A stretch of 64,000 nucleotides of DNA from a virus (IMGVR_UViG_3300014204_000112:128001-192000); one strand, 5' to 3'; numbered from the stretch's first letter, positions 1-10,368 are shown. Numbers and translations: made by a program. Notes: generated by a model not told the origin, from the letters alone.

Positions 1-1955
1 TGCAGAACCTTTGTCTGCTCTTCAGCCGGCAAGGTAGTGAAGATAGGAGACTGAAGCTGCTGGTTGTACTCGTCGATTGCTACGGCGAGAAGTTCTTCCG
101 ACACTTTCAGCGGGGTACCTTTTGCAATCTTGGCGATGACATCCTCGACCTTCGGTAAGGAAGAGAGGCCTTTCACCTTGGTGAAGAGGTTGACCGACAT
201 GTAGAAGTCAGTTGATTCATCAGCGGTGGTCTTCGGCGAGAAACCGTTGTAGTCAGTGATACCGTTTGCTTTCAGCCATTCAGCTGCTTCGGCACCGTAG
301 GTTTCTGCATAGGATTTGCTTTCTTTCGGGAAGAGAGCTTTACGGTAGTAATCGTAAACTTTTTTCTTTCCCTGGAGTTTCAGAAGTTCCCATTCCTGAC
401 GGGCCAGATCGTTTGCCGAGATGGCTTTGATCATTGACCGGTTGATGAGAGGCAGGCTGCCAAGGTCGAGGATGATGTAGTCTTCTTCGATTTCAGCTTT
501 GATGCCTTTGCTCAGGAGCAGGTTGTACAAGTTCTCGGTGTAATTGACCGGGAGTTCGATGATGTTAAGGATACCGTCCTTGATGAGGGTGAATGCCCTG
601 AATTTGAAGGAAGGAACCTCAGTGATGTTGTGCTCGTTGACAGGGAGTTCCACCTTACCGTAGATACGGCAAAGTACCGAAAGGTTTGCACGGTGTTCGT
701 TCCATACGAGGCTGGTGAGAGAGTAACCACGGTTGGGGTCGGTGTCGATGAATTTTGCATCTATCTGTTCCGGTTCGCCGCTTTCGTTTACAGCGATTTC
801 GCGCTTACGACCGATACGGTTGTAATTGAATCGATCGTGGCTAGGATAGAACTTGTTGTCCATCTCGCCGAGATCGTTGATGAGGTCCATGACGCAATAT
901 GCATTGTCGTCGACTGGCTGGATTGGGGCAGTTCCCTCAGGGAAGCGCTTTGCAACGTTTGCAACGCATTCGTTCATTGCGGCTTTGAAGGCATTCAGCT
1001 TCTGCTTACCGAAAGCGTTTGCGAGCATGCGGTAGTGGTACGGGTCCTGCAGAACGTAGAACAGCTTTTCAGCGTCTTCGTTCATGAGTTTGTCCGAAAG
1101 GACGTAGACTGCTGCGTACATCGAAGCGATGTCGAATCCACCGGCATCCGTGCCGAGAGGTTTCGTTGAGAAGTAATAGATCGTGTCAACATCCTCGCTG
1201 ACCAGGATCTTTCCGTCCTCGATTGTGTAAAGGATTACACCTCCCATAGGGGTTACCGAGTAAGCGAAATCGTAGAGGTCATTGTGAACATCAACGGTAA
1301 TTTTCTTTCCTCCGAACTGGCCGGTGGAAATTTTCTTGTCGAACATCGGCTCGTAATCGTCGAAATTACTGCAGCTGATTTTTTCACCGCCGATAAGACC
1401 GGCCATTTCGGTGAGGCGTTTGGAGTCGGCATAGTAACCGTACTCAACAAAGGTTGTGGCAGCGAAATCGCTTTCCATTCCCTTGAGAGTCTTTACTACT
1501 TCCGGCCACGGACAGTCATTGTTGTAACCGTCGGTAAGGAAGATGAGCGAATTAACGCTGTTCGGCCTGTTTTTCTGGATGCGGCTGACTGCTTCTTTAG
1601 CCAACTGCAACGGTTTCAGGAACGCGGTAAGGCCTACCGGTTTCAACCACTGGTCAATAGCTTTGTGAAGGGCATCGAGAGTCTTGAGAGACTTTACTTC
1701 GACTTCCTCAACGAGGATACCGGCCTGGCTGCTTCCAGAGAACCAAATAATTGTAATCGTGTCTCCCGGGTTCATGATGTGGGAGAGCTTGTTCTTAAGC
1801 TGAGTACGAATGAACTGTAACTGGCTATACATTGAGCCGGAGACGTCAACGATCAATACGTGATTGGTCGGTTTGGTCACATTTACAGCAACTCGCCTGT
1901 CGCTAACTTGCTGAGAAATCAGGTGAAACCCCTGATCGATTTTTGTGTACTGCAT
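1..1955 (-). CDS. vWA-domain protein (3' end runs off the window start)
   Basis: ATG at 1955 gives MQYTKIDQGF...HVLIVDVSGSM (MIDAS DxSxS). Frame checked at both ends; absent from the ORF track, consistent with no stop before base 1. Confidence 0.75.
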   Translation of the reverse strand, partial: MQYTKIDQGFHLISQQVSDRRVAVNVTKPTNHVLIVDVSGSMYSQLQFIRTQLKNKLSHIMNPGDTITIIWFSGSSQAGILVEEVEVKSLKTLDALHKAIDQWLKPVGLTAFLKPLQLAKEAVSRIQKNRPNSVNSLIFLTDGYNNDCPWPEVVKTLKGMESDFAATTFVEYGYYADSKRLTEMAGLIGGEKISCSNFDDYEPMFDKKISTGQFGGKKITVDVHNDLYDFAYSVTPMGGVILYTIEDGKILVSEDVDTIYYFSTKPLGTDAGGFDIASMYAAVYVLSDKLMNEDAEKLFYVLQDPYHYRMLANAFGKQKLNAFKAAMNECVANVAKRFPEGTAPIQPVDDNAYCVMDLINDLGEMDNKFYPSHDRFNYNRIGRKREIAVNESGEPEQIDAKFIDTDPNRGYSLTSLVWNEHRANLSVLCRIYGKVELPVNEHNITEVPSFKFRAFTLIKDGILNIIELPVNYTENLYNLLLSKGIKAEIEEDYIILDLGSLPLINRSMIKAISANDLARQEWELLKLQGKKKVYDYYRKALFPKESKSYAETYGAEAAEWLKANGITDYNGFSPKTTADESTDFYMSVNLFTKVKGLSSLPKVEDVIAKIAKGTPLKVSEELLAVAIDEYNQQLQSPIFTTLPAEEQTKVL

Positions 1956-1981
1956 AAGAATTAGATTTTTAGGTTATTATA

Positions 1982-2287
1982 CTACTTAGAATGATTAAGG
2001 TTCACGGAAGGTGAATATATGAGGTTAATAGTTTCCCCGGAAATGCGCACTTCCAGGACGCTCCCGTAACCATCGTCTGGCGGTGGTTGGCAGTCGTCCT
2101 GGAAGTGCTTGATTACTGGTCCATCGTCCTCGATCGAACTTAGTGGCGGAGGTATAAGAGGTTCGGTTCTTTCGAGGACCTTTATAATAGCATACCCTTC
2201 CATCAGTTGAATGATCGGTTCTTCGAACATTCCCATTACTGAACCTTCGGTCTTGGCATGCGTTTTGAAGTATGCTTTTGCGTTCAT
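1982..2287 (-). CDS. hypothetical protein
   Basis: ORF track; TGATG overlap with the upstream ORF. Confidence 0.55.
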   Translation of the reverse strand: MNAKAYFKTHAKTEGSVMGMFEEPIIQLMEGYAIIKVLERTEPLIPPPLSSIEDDGPVIKHFQDDCQPPPDDGYGSVLEVRISGETINLIYSPSVNLNHSK

Positions 2288-2592
2288 CAGTCTGCTATCT
2301 GAAGTCCCTTGTAGTTAGTTTCCCACTCGGCATAAGGAATCCATTTTACCGGTCGTTGGATTTTCCTTTTCTTTTCGAGTCGATCTTTTTCTTCTTCCTC
2401 GTTCAGGACTCCAATGAGGATGTTTCCATTTTCGTCCTTAGCGATGGCTATCATTCCGCAGCCTTCACACAAAACTGCGGTGTAGTGTCCGGGTTCCATG
2501 TCATCGGCTATTTTTTGAATGTCAATGTCCGGCGGTAACTCAGTACCCCACATTTCAATTGCGCATTTTGTACAGAAATCTGCCATTTTCAT
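2287..2592 (-). CDS. small Cys-motif (Zn-binding) hypothetical protein
   Basis: CTKC and CEGCG motifs. Confidence 0.6.
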   Translation of the reverse strand: MKMADFCTKCAIEMWGTELPPDIDIQKIADDMEPGHYTAVLCEGCGMIAIAKDENGNILIGVLNEEEEKDRLEKKRKIQRPVKWIPYAEWETNYKGLQIAD

Positions 2593-2930
2593 AAAGTTAT
2601 TTTAGGGTCGGCCAATTGACCATTGTAATTTGTCTGGCCACTGCCAATCGAAGGCAGTCAATCGAGAAGGTTCATTGATACATATTTCGTAAGATAAAAC
2701 TCCGTCAGTTTGCATCACTTCGCATACGAAACGAACGTGTCCATGAATCCAGAAAATGTTTTTTACTGCGATTTTGACGTAAGTTCCCGGTCTTCGATCT
2801 TCTTGGAATGTTTTTTGGCATAGCACTGAATGTATCAGTAATCGTCGCAATGTGCATGTCCAGGTTTAGCTTTGGTTATGAAAATACAATCAACATATCG
2901 AACCACGTTGTATTTCTTTTTCGATTGCCA

Positions 2931-3161
2931 TTATCGTATGGTGTCGCCGATACTATACTTACCCACCGAATCTATGAATTCGACCTGCATGCCATTGCTA
3001 CTGGAATACAAGTAGTCGATCATTCCTGGCTTGAATTTAATATCTTGGCGACGACCCTTAGAAATAATAATGTACGGTTTCTCCGGGTTCTTTTGCTGTA
3101 ATATTTCTGCGCAACTCGATAGAGCGACGATAAGTAATAAAAGGCTGGCTAATTTTTGTAT
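2931..3161 (-). CDS. probable lipoprotein lacking an in-frame ATG
   Basis: Frame reads IQKLASLLLLIVALSSC-AEILQQ... (lipobox); start is ATA or needs one more A in the AAAAA run. Confidence 0.45.
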   Translation of the reverse strand: MQKLASLLLLIVALSSCAEILQQKNPEKPYIIISKGRRQDIKFKPGMIDYLYSSSNGMQVEFIDSVGKYSIGDTIR

Positions 3162-3658
3162 TGTCTCATTATTTCTCTAGAATATCCGTTTATGACAGGT
3201 TTTCCGGTGTTATAGTACCCAAGAGCTACGTCCCAACGTCCGGATATTTTGTAAAGGTACTGCATTATCTTCATTGAGGTTTCCACGTTGAACTCCAGAT
3301 CGGTCAGGAGTTCCTTTGACGTGACTTTCCTTTTCCAGATGAATGTCGCAGTTGGCGCTTGTATCTGCATCGCTCCGTACGCTAAAGCGCTTGACGTGAG
3401 TTTCGGATCGTACGACCAGTGGAATGGACCACGGTACTCACTTTCGCTCTTCGCTATTCCGTATGCAATTTGAAATGGGACTCCGTATTTTTCTGAGTAC
3501 TTAATGAGATAATCGTATAGTCTGACGCACGGAGGTCCCTGTTCAACTTTGATTTCGGAATGGTCGATGAAATCTCCCTTATCCTTGAAGTGTTCGTAGG
3601 ACCAAACTGCTCCCAAAAACGCGACAAGGATGAGCAGTATTGTCATCCTTATCCGCAT
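3149..3658 (-). CDS. lytic transglycosylase (SLT domain) with N-terminal membrane anchor
   Basis: IAKSES catalytic Glu motif, AYGAMQI, YYNTG. Confidence 0.85.
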   Translation of the reverse strand: MRIRMTILLILVAFLGAVWSYEHFKDKGDFIDHSEIKVEQGPPCVRLYDYLIKYSEKYGVPFQIAYGIAKSESEYRGPFHWSYDPKLTSSALAYGAMQIQAPTATFIWKRKVTSKELLTDLEFNVETSMKIMQYLYKISGRWDVALGYYNTGKPVINGYSREIMRQYKN

Positions 3659-3660
3659 GA

Positions 3661-4047
3661 TTACTTAACAACTTTGGTTATTATTGGTACAGGAGCAGGG
3701 TTAACTACTTGATTGTACTTGGTTTGGGCATACATGTTGAAGATTGCCAAGCCTACCGAATCCTGGTAAACTGTGTAGTCTCCGGTTGCCCGATTGAGGA
3801 GAAGGAGTTCATTCCTTTCGCTGATTGCGATAGAAGTGGTTTGGATCGTTCTGATCTCCTTCATTGGAGAACGATGAGCAGTTTTGTCGATGAAGACGAA
3901 GTAGTAATAGCCGATGAAAAAGCCGGCGACAAGGGCAACTGCAATGAGTAGAATGTTCCCGAGGTGTTTAAAAAAGGTAACGGTTTTTTTCCACCAATCC
4001 TTAACCACAACAACTTCGTGGTCGATCAATTCTTTAGCACTTTCCAT
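3661..4047 (-). CDS. single-TM membrane protein
   Basis: Hydrophobic ILLIAVALVAGFFIGYYYF. Confidence 0.6.
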   Translation of the reverse strand: MESAKELIDHEVVVVKDWWKKTVTFFKHLGNILLIAVALVAGFFIGYYYFVFIDKTAHRSPMKEIRTIQTTSIAISERNELLLLNRATGDYTVYQDSVGLAIFNMYAQTKYNQVVNPAPVPIITKVVK

Positions 4048-4372
4048 TTCTAATCTTTTTAAGCGTTTCCTCTGGAAGCATTTGGATTGCGACTTCGACG
4101 ATTGTCCTGAAGTCTTCAGGTTTCAACACTAAGAGCTTGATTTCGAACTCAGTAGTGTTGAAATTCTGTCCAGGTTTCTTTGTCAAAGCAGACCGATTCT
4201 GGTTCAGGATCTGCGAAGACAATTCGCCCACCATGTGGCGAACTATTATGTTTTCGGTTACCTGCAGGTCATCATGTACTATCATCTTGCATTTGTGGAG
4301 TGATTGACCCAATTTGAATTGACGAAATAACGTCATCATTTCGCTAGCGTAAGAATCATGTTCAAAGTCCAT
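4034..4372 (-). CDS. hypothetical protein
   Basis: ORF track, co-oriented and overlapping its neighbour. Confidence 0.55.
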   Translation of the reverse strand: MDFEHDSYASEMMTLFRQFKLGQSLHKCKMIVHDDLQVTENIIVRHMVGELSSQILNQNRSALTKKPGQNFNTTEFEIKLLVLKPEDFRTIVEVAIQMLPEETLKKIRNGKC

Positions 4373-4464
4373 TAGTTTCGTGGTTTAGAAGGATTATTAT
4401 ACTCAAAAAACGGCAAAACGGTCTAGCTAAGTACGACATGATAATTACTTTATGCTATTTATCG

Positions 4465-6333
4465 TTACTTTGCAAGGAACTCCTGCCTAAAGACCAATCG
4501 CTTGCTCGAACTCTCTTCAAGTTCTATCAAGTACCTGGTTCCCTTTGTTAATGTCGCGTCCCAGATGTAGAAAAATTGGGTGGTGAATATCTGCCAAGGA
4601 AATTCGAAAACTAAATTTCCATCCTGATCGAACATTTTCACGATGACAGTAGGATCGAATTTTTTATCTCGAATGAACGAATTCTTGGTGAGGATGACAT
4701 CCTTTCCGTCGTACTTCACCAATAGATCTTCCTGATCGAGAACGGTCTGAGAGTACAGCTTATCAATCTGTTGCCAATCGTGCGGAGTCTTGTAACCATG
4801 GAATATGTAAACGTCCCTGTCAGTTTTTGGAACTCTAGCTAGAATTGAAATATCTGTGTAATTGTAACTGTAGTTCGATATTCGGTTCAAATCTATCGTG
4901 GAACCTTCCTCTATGTCAACCACAGGAAGGGATTTTTCTAACTTGTACTTCGATAGGATGACGTTCAGCGTGTCCTCGTCGTGAAACTTGAATATGCATC
5001 GACGCTTTGAGTCCTTGTGCTGGTAATAAATGTCCATTTGCTCTTGAAAAAACCATGCTGATCTCGCATCGTACATCATTACATTGCACTTACGCCTTGG
5101 AAAGACAGTGATGTCAACACCGATCTCTTCTCCCAACGAATGCAGAGAACTGATGAGTTCGCCACCATCGTGCGCATAAATGACATCGTGAACGTGAGAA
5201 TTTACCAAAGGATAATGTTCCAGGTCCTTAAAGTACTTAGCTACTCCGTCGATGTTTGCAGTCGCGTAAATATCAGTATCGAGAAAGATGAATTTTTTGT
5301 CAGGGTATGCTTTTATGGAATCGAGATTTATTAGGCCCTTTGACGTTATCGTCATGAAGCTTCTCTTGCGTTCGTCCATCCAATCTCCTTCAGTTCCGAT
5401 GTCGATCCTACGAATTATGAACTGATCGGACAGAGTATGTTCGAACTTTGATGTGTAATTCACGGTGTAGAGCAAGCACTTACGCTTTGAAAATTTGGAA
5501 AGTGATTGAATGAAAGTCTTGACGATAGGTTCGTAAGATTCGGTGAAGTACGTGACCCATAAAAAGTCGTCTTCGTACTCGAATTTCCTGCTAGCAACTA
5601 TTGTGTTGCCTTTTCTCTCGAACTTGGTGAGATCCTTTCGATAGAAATGATGGAGCAATTTTTCCTTGCCTTCAATGTACAATTTTCCGCCTGACCAAGT
5701 TGCATCGAAAAGAATTTTCCAGCTTTCCGAATTCATATTTCCTGCTCCAAATATGATCTTGTACGATATTCCCAATTTTCGAAGGAGTTCTGTGAACTTG
5801 CGTTCGTCGTACTCGGCATACTCTTCCACTTTCATTGTCTCGTAAAACACAGGATCTTTGACGTAAGCTTGAGTCACCCTAGGAATGTTTCGTATGAAAG
5901 TCAATGGACCAGAAAGCCTATTGTAAATGTGTCCGTCCTCGCCAAAAGAAATAGCATCGAAATTATTGAAGTACGGAAGCACCCAGGAAATAACATCGCC
6001 CAATAGCGTATCGATGTCGTACCAACCTATGTACTCGTAACCGACCAGGTACTCAGAAAAAATGTCACCATACGCGGGCTTAACGTCACAGAACTTGTAA
6101 TTGTTCTTAATGACGAGTTCTTTGCCGGTCTTATCGAGCAATCTCTTTTGGATCGCTTCAACCGACATCGGTATGAACTTAACGTTTGGCGAATTGAATT
6201 TCGCGTCAACTTCTTGATCGGTGAATACGTAGAAATCTATGTTCTGGTTGACGCAGGTATCGTAATGATACTGAAAGTAATCTGGTAACTTTCCAAGCCA
6301 TACTTGGATGAGAGCTATCGGTTTTTTGACCAT
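4465..6333 (-). CDS. two-domain glycosyltransferase-like protein (DUF6625-like N-terminus plus GT-A-like domain)
   Basis: WLGKLPDYF, YKFCDVKPAYG, YDID and FLDTDIY DxD motifs, HDEDTLN. Confidence 0.65.
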   Translation of the reverse strand: MVKKPIALIQVWLGKLPDYFQYHYDTCVNQNIDFYVFTDQEVDAKFNSPNVKFIPMSVEAIQKRLLDKTGKELVIKNNYKFCDVKPAYGDIFSEYLVGYEYIGWYDIDTLLGDVISWVLPYFNNFDAISFGEDGHIYNRLSGPLTFIRNIPRVTQAYVKDPVFYETMKVEEYAEYDERKFTELLRKLGISYKIIFGAGNMNSESWKILFDATWSGGKLYIEGKEKLLHHFYRKDLTKFERKGNTIVASRKFEYEDDFLWVTYFTESYEPIVKTFIQSLSKFSKRKCLLYTVNYTSKFEHTLSDQFIIRRIDIGTEGDWMDERKRSFMTITSKGLINLDSIKAYPDKKFIFLDTDIYATANIDGVAKYFKDLEHYPLVNSHVHDVIYAHDGGELISSLHSLGEEIGVDITVFPRRKCNVMMYDARSAWFFQEQMDIYYQHKDSKRRCIFKFHDEDTLNVILSKYKLEKSLPVVDIEEGSTIDLNRISNYSYNYTDISILARVPKTDRDVYIFHGYKTPHDWQQIDKLYSQTVLDQEDLLVKYDGKDVILTKNSFIRDKKFDPTVIVKMFDQDGNLVFEFPWQIFTTQFFYIWDATLTKGTRYLIELEESSSKRLVFRQEFLAK

Positions 6334-6513
6334 CCGGCTAACTTTTTCTTCTTATACTATGGACAGAAACAAAAGTTAGTCGGCTGATCAAATTTACCGG
6401 ATGATTATGCAATGTTGGTTGCCGAAAGAGTTACTGCAACTGGAACAGCTGTGTAAGTAGGAGTGGTGAAAGTGTAAGGTCAGCCACCGAACCTGGGTGA
6501 TAAAAAAAATTTG

Positions 6514-6586
6514 AGAGTCCTGTGGGGCTCGAACCCACGACCACGGTTTTAGAGACCGCTGCTCTAACCACTAAAGCTAAGGACTC
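6514..6586 (-). tRNA. amber-suppressor tRNA (anticodon CUA)
   Basis: Cloverleaf GAGTCCT...AGGACTC; anticodon arm GCGGT ctCTAaa ACCGT; T loop TTCGAG. Confidence 0.88.
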
Positions 6587-6593
6587 GTTAGCC

Positions 6594-6998
6594 TTATTTT
6601 ACTTCAACCTTCTTTAGAAAGGCCAAGCAGGTCCGATATGCGGATTCCAGTCCGGCCCTGTCGTCGAGAAGGATGCTGTAGAAAATCTTTGGACTTGAAG
6701 AATGAAAGAAATGTGGATTTTGATTGATCGCATTAAATGGGATCAGGTTCTCCCTGAGATAATCCTCAATGAAGCTATATCTTTCTTTAGCCGTTCCTGT
6801 CCAAACCACCAGGCTTATTCCTTTCACCTTCGAGAGACGCCGGATCAGATCAATCACTCGGTAATAAGTTTCTCCCTTTTTGTGATAGTCATAGACGGTA
6901 TTGTCGAAGTCAAAAGCTACGACCAAGCCACCATGTTCTTTGTATTCCCTGAGCAATCTCTCGAGAACTACTTCTTGGTGCAAATATGGATCTTTCAT
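6594..6998 (-). CDS. HAD-superfamily hydrolase
   Basis: VVAFDFDNTV motif I and ILLDDRAG; start moved to MKDPYL. Confidence 0.75.
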   Translation of the reverse strand: MKDPYLHQEVVLERLLREYKEHGGLVVAFDFDNTVYDYHKKGETYYRVIDLIRRLSKVKGISLVVWTGTAKERYSFIEDYLRENLIPFNAINQNPHFFHSSSPKIFYSILLDDRAGLESAYRTCLAFLKKVEVK

Positions 6999-7035
6999 TG
7001 TTCTGGTTTTTTTGAGAAAAAAAATGGTCTCCCGC

Positions 7036-7278
7036 TCACAGGAGCGGGAGACCATTGAAGAGTTTTTTATCAGTTAGGCAAGCGATGGAAGTTGTTTCAT
7101 CATTGAGATCCGGTTCTTTGAAAACCGTGTAGTCCAAGTCTTTGTAGTGAATTTTAGTCTTCCATTTGTGTAGTGCTTCCGCGTCTCCGATGTTTAAGTA
7201 GACTAATGTTTGATTCATCCAATCATTGTTCGGATGGTCAAGCATCCATTGAGCGACTGCGTGTCCGGTCTGTACGGC
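7036..7278 (-). pseudogene. phage PTH2-like (peptidyl-tRNA hydrolase fold) gene with missing or disrupted N-terminus
   Basis: AVQTGHAVAQW...TLVYL...FKEPDLNDETTSIA...LPLL; an in-frame TAA lies just upstream of AVQ. Confidence 0.5.
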
Positions 7279-7350
7279 TTACGCAGCATAATAAAAGTAC
7301 CTCAGTCATTTGATAGTATTTATCTATGGCTAAGGTACATTTTATTCCAG

Positions 7351-7423
7351 TAGCGGGAGTGAGATTCGAACTCACGTCATCGGCTTATGAGACCGATCTG
7401 GAACCGCTCCAGTCCATCCCGCG
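7351..7423 (-). tRNA. tRNA-Met (CAU), initiator-like
   Basis: CGCGGGA acceptor with 1:72 mismatch; ctCATaa loop. Confidence 0.85.
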
Positions 7424-7459
7424 ATATGAATTATTTATACTGCGAATCATATAATAGTT

Positions 7460-7930
7460 TTATATGATACGCTTCTCTCTTTTGTAGCGGTCTTTTTGTT
7501 TTTTCGATAACTTTTCTTTAGTTTCGTTCGATAGTTTATGACCTTTAAGACTGTTAGATACTGATAATCGATGGGTGTCTGATAATTTTCTACCTCTCAT
7601 TGAGTTAGAAAACTTTTCTATAGTTTCTTTGGTATGAGTTTTTCCCTTAAAGTGAGGGCCTCCTTCTCCACCAATTCCCTTATTATACGAGTTTTTATCA
7701 GCAACCAATTCCTCAGTTATTAGTTCCCTTTCTTTTAAGTTCATTTCATGCTCATTATCAAAGACGAAAAGGACTTCCTTTGTAAAAGAAGCCCTTCCGT
7801 ATTTTTTAATGGCAGCCTTAATTGCTGATCCTGAGCCTAAATAATCGTCGTTTGGATTTTCAGTCTGATGTTTTCCTAAATAGTACTTACCGTTAACTAT
7901 ATTTAACGTGCGATAAATTGTATAAACCAT
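7460..7930 (-). CDS. GIY-YIG (Seg-like) homing endonuclease with NUMOD3 repeats
   Basis: TIYRTLN..NGKYYLGKH, YLGSG, KGKTHTKET. Confidence 0.85.
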   Translation of the reverse strand: MVYTIYRTLNIVNGKYYLGKHQTENPNDDYLGSGSAIKAAIKKYGRASFTKEVLFVFDNEHEMNLKERELITEELVADKNSYNKGIGGEGGPHFKGKTHTKETIEKFSNSMRGRKLSDTHRLSVSNSLKGHKLSNETKEKLSKKQKDRYKREKRII

Positions 7931-7947
7931 TATCTGTTTACTTTTAT

Positions 7948-8412
7948 TTATCTTTTGCTAATGAGTGACTTACTAGCTGCTACTTCGTGAGATGAAATTA
8001 TGCCTTTGAATGCATCATCCTCTTTTTTGATTGCGTCGAACGCGAAAATTTTATCTATATGCACCGTTCCGTCCTCGTTCGCCCTTCCTGATGCTCGTGG
8101 CCGGAAAACCACTTGATCAAGCATTTCCTGTAGAGAATCTCCAGCTTTCGTCTTCAGTAGAGTTACGTCTCCAAAAACTTTAGCATTTTCGATTCTTACG
8201 TTCTTTACTGAGTGAGAAGCTTTTGACAACGAGATATCAAAGTACTCTGGATAACCAATCTCTCCGAATCCAACGCCAGTTCTATTCACTTTTTCGTTGT
8301 ACTCATTGATCTTCTCTCTCAAGTTCTCATTGTTCAGGTAAGTTCGGTCGTTCAGATTTTTCTCACCCAAGTACATGAGGGTCTTCGTGATAGTCGGTAA
8401 TGTTTCGTCCAT
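7948..8412 (-). CDS. T4 gp21-like prohead protease paralog, possibly inactive
   Basis: NLNDRTY, GEIGYP, KASH; FRPRASG where gp21-type enzymes have SSRG. Confidence 0.5.
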   Translation of the reverse strand: MDETLPTITKTLMYLGEKNLNDRTYLNNENLREKINEYNEKVNRTGVGFGEIGYPEYFDISLSKASHSVKNVRIENAKVFGDVTLLKTKAGDSLQEMLDQVVFRPRASGRANEDGTVHIDKIFAFDAIKKEDDAFKGIISSHEVAASKSLISKR

Positions 8413-9178
8413 GTTTAAATTATATTCATAGCACGAAAAAAGTTTTACGAGTATCGGATTGTATCAACGACTTCATGAATTTGAGAGATAGCGATAACGT
8501 TCTGTTTTTCCAATTCAACAATGATCTTTTCAAGAATTTCCCAAGTATCGTCAATGAAGATGAAAATGTCGTACGAATACTGTTTTTCAGTACCTGCGAA
8601 TATTATTGGAGTTCCTGATCGTGATCTGCGAAATTGGCAAAAAATCACTCTTGATTTCTTTCCTTTTTTGATAGCTGCTATCCTGCGCTTAAGTTCGACC
8701 GCTTTTTTGTGCTCGTCTTTGAAATAATCTTTCTCTTCCATTTTGATTTTTTTTAAGGTTAACTGTATCTTGTGCTAATTAAGTTCAGTTGCTTGTCCCT
8801 AGTCTCTACCTTCCTGTCCTTGTAGTACAGGATGATTAGCGGCTCGATTTTTTGGTTTTTATTCACTATTGTTTTTGCAATTATTGCTAGACCAACGATT
8901 CCTGTGTAGTAATTCGAAGTCAATAGGTCTAATTTCAAATTGCGAATTTCGACTCTATCGTTATCATACCACATTGCTATGGTTTCGTGTCCGCATACTG
9001 CATTGACCATTCCTGTAAAGTAATTGCTTGCAATCAAATCACCGTTATCGGCCCTTACTTCCAATTTCGCTGCGTCCAAGTACAGAACTTGTGAAATCGA
9101 TACGATTGATAAAAAGACGAATGCTAATGCTAACAGTACTCGTTTCATGATTCTTAAATTACGGTTAATGTACCAAAA

Positions 9179-10351
9179 TTAGAACACCAGGGACGTTCTG
9201 AAATTACGGTGAACTGCTTCGGAGTCGGAGATCATTATGATGATGTCCTGATTGACTACTACCGGATCTCTTTCCGACGCTTTTTCTTCGGACGCTTTGT
9301 TAGCGGCAGCCGAACCTCTAGGCCTGCGTATTCTTTTTTTCTTTGCAAGTTCGAGATCAACGCCAAGCAGTTGAGCCTGGTAATGATTGAGGCCTTCTGA
9401 ATCGATTTTCACCTTGATGATGCGGTCGCCGAGGATGTCAATGATCTCTCCGATGTACTCGCTGTTAATGTAGAAGCTGTAACCTTCTTCGAATTCACAG
9501 TGAGGGCGGACTTTCACTGCTGTGAATATCGGCATAGCGGAAGTTTGCACTCCAGTATTTTCGTCGATGAGGAAAATATCGAACTTTTCAGAGATCTTAC
9601 GAACGTTGAACACGTCAGCAAAAGAATCGGGCTTCTGATTGTGAACGTTCACTTCTTGGCAGATCGTTTTCACGATGTCAACAGTGATCATTTCTAGAAG
9701 CGATATGAAACGAATGATGTCGTCAGTGTACTCCTTGCGAACCAGGCAATCGTTCACGATTTCCATGATTGCAGTAGTGCTGAGATCCTTGAAGGTTTTC
9801 AAGTAACGAATACGACCTGGCCTCTGTATGAGGTTCTCGTTGATGTACAACGAGTTGGTGGTCAGTATGAAAACTCTCTTGTGTTCTGAGTTCATTGCCC
9901 CGTCCATGATGGAAAGCAGGGTGTGATTTTCCTCGAAGATCTTTTCGTACTCGTCGATGAAGATGGTGATGTCTTGCGGAATGCTGTTTAGATAGTCCGC
10001 TCCGCCCTCAATGTACTTGCCCACAATGATGACCGGCAGATTGAGCTCGTTGCACATTACTTTGGCCGTGACGGTCTTTCCGGTTCCACGAGTTCCATTC
10101 ATGAGGATGCCGAGGTTTCCTGGAACTTCTGCAAACGTTCGTTTCACTCGCTGGATGAGATTTTCCTCGAGATCGTAAACTTTGTAATCGAAGGCGAATG
10201 AATCTGCGACTCTTGAAAGGTACATGTTACCCAGAGGATCGACTTCAAGCGTGAATACTTCGTTCGGCAGAATCTTGTGACTTACTCCAAAACTTCTAAG
10301 CCAGAATGTCTGATCGTTCTGAGCCCAAATCTTTCTTGATCTTTCTTCCAT
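9179..10351 (-). CDS. AAA+ ATPase
   Basis: Walker A GTRGTGKT, Walker B IFIDE, RPGRI arginine finger. Confidence 0.9.
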   Translation of the reverse strand: MEERSRKIWAQNDQTFWLRSFGVSHKILPNEVFTLEVDPLGNMYLSRVADSFAFDYKVYDLEENLIQRVKRTFAEVPGNLGILMNGTRGTGKTVTAKVMCNELNLPVIIVGKYIEGGADYLNSIPQDITIFIDEYEKIFEENHTLLSIMDGAMNSEHKRVFILTTNSLYINENLIQRPGRIRYLKTFKDLSTTAIMEIVNDCLVRKEYTDDIIRFISLLEMITVDIVKTICQEVNVHNQKPDSFADVFNVRKISEKFDIFLIDENTGVQTSAMPIFTAVKVRPHCEFEEGYSFYINSEYIGEIIDILGDRIIKVKIDSEGLNHYQAQLLGVDLELAKKKRIRRPRGSAAANKASEEKASERDPVVVNQDIIIMISDSEAVHRNFRTSLVF

Positions 10352-10368
10352 TACTGTGATTTTATAGA

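Noticed and set aside
630-1820. + strand ORFs here and similar antisense ORFs throughout the track
   Set aside because: They are shadows of the - strand genes or overlap tRNAs, and have no protein motifs.
6410-6445. GAAAGAGTTAC on the + strand as another Y-like copy
   Set aside because: Lacks TAGYAA and the complementary CTCT..TTCT strand, and is in the opposite orientation.
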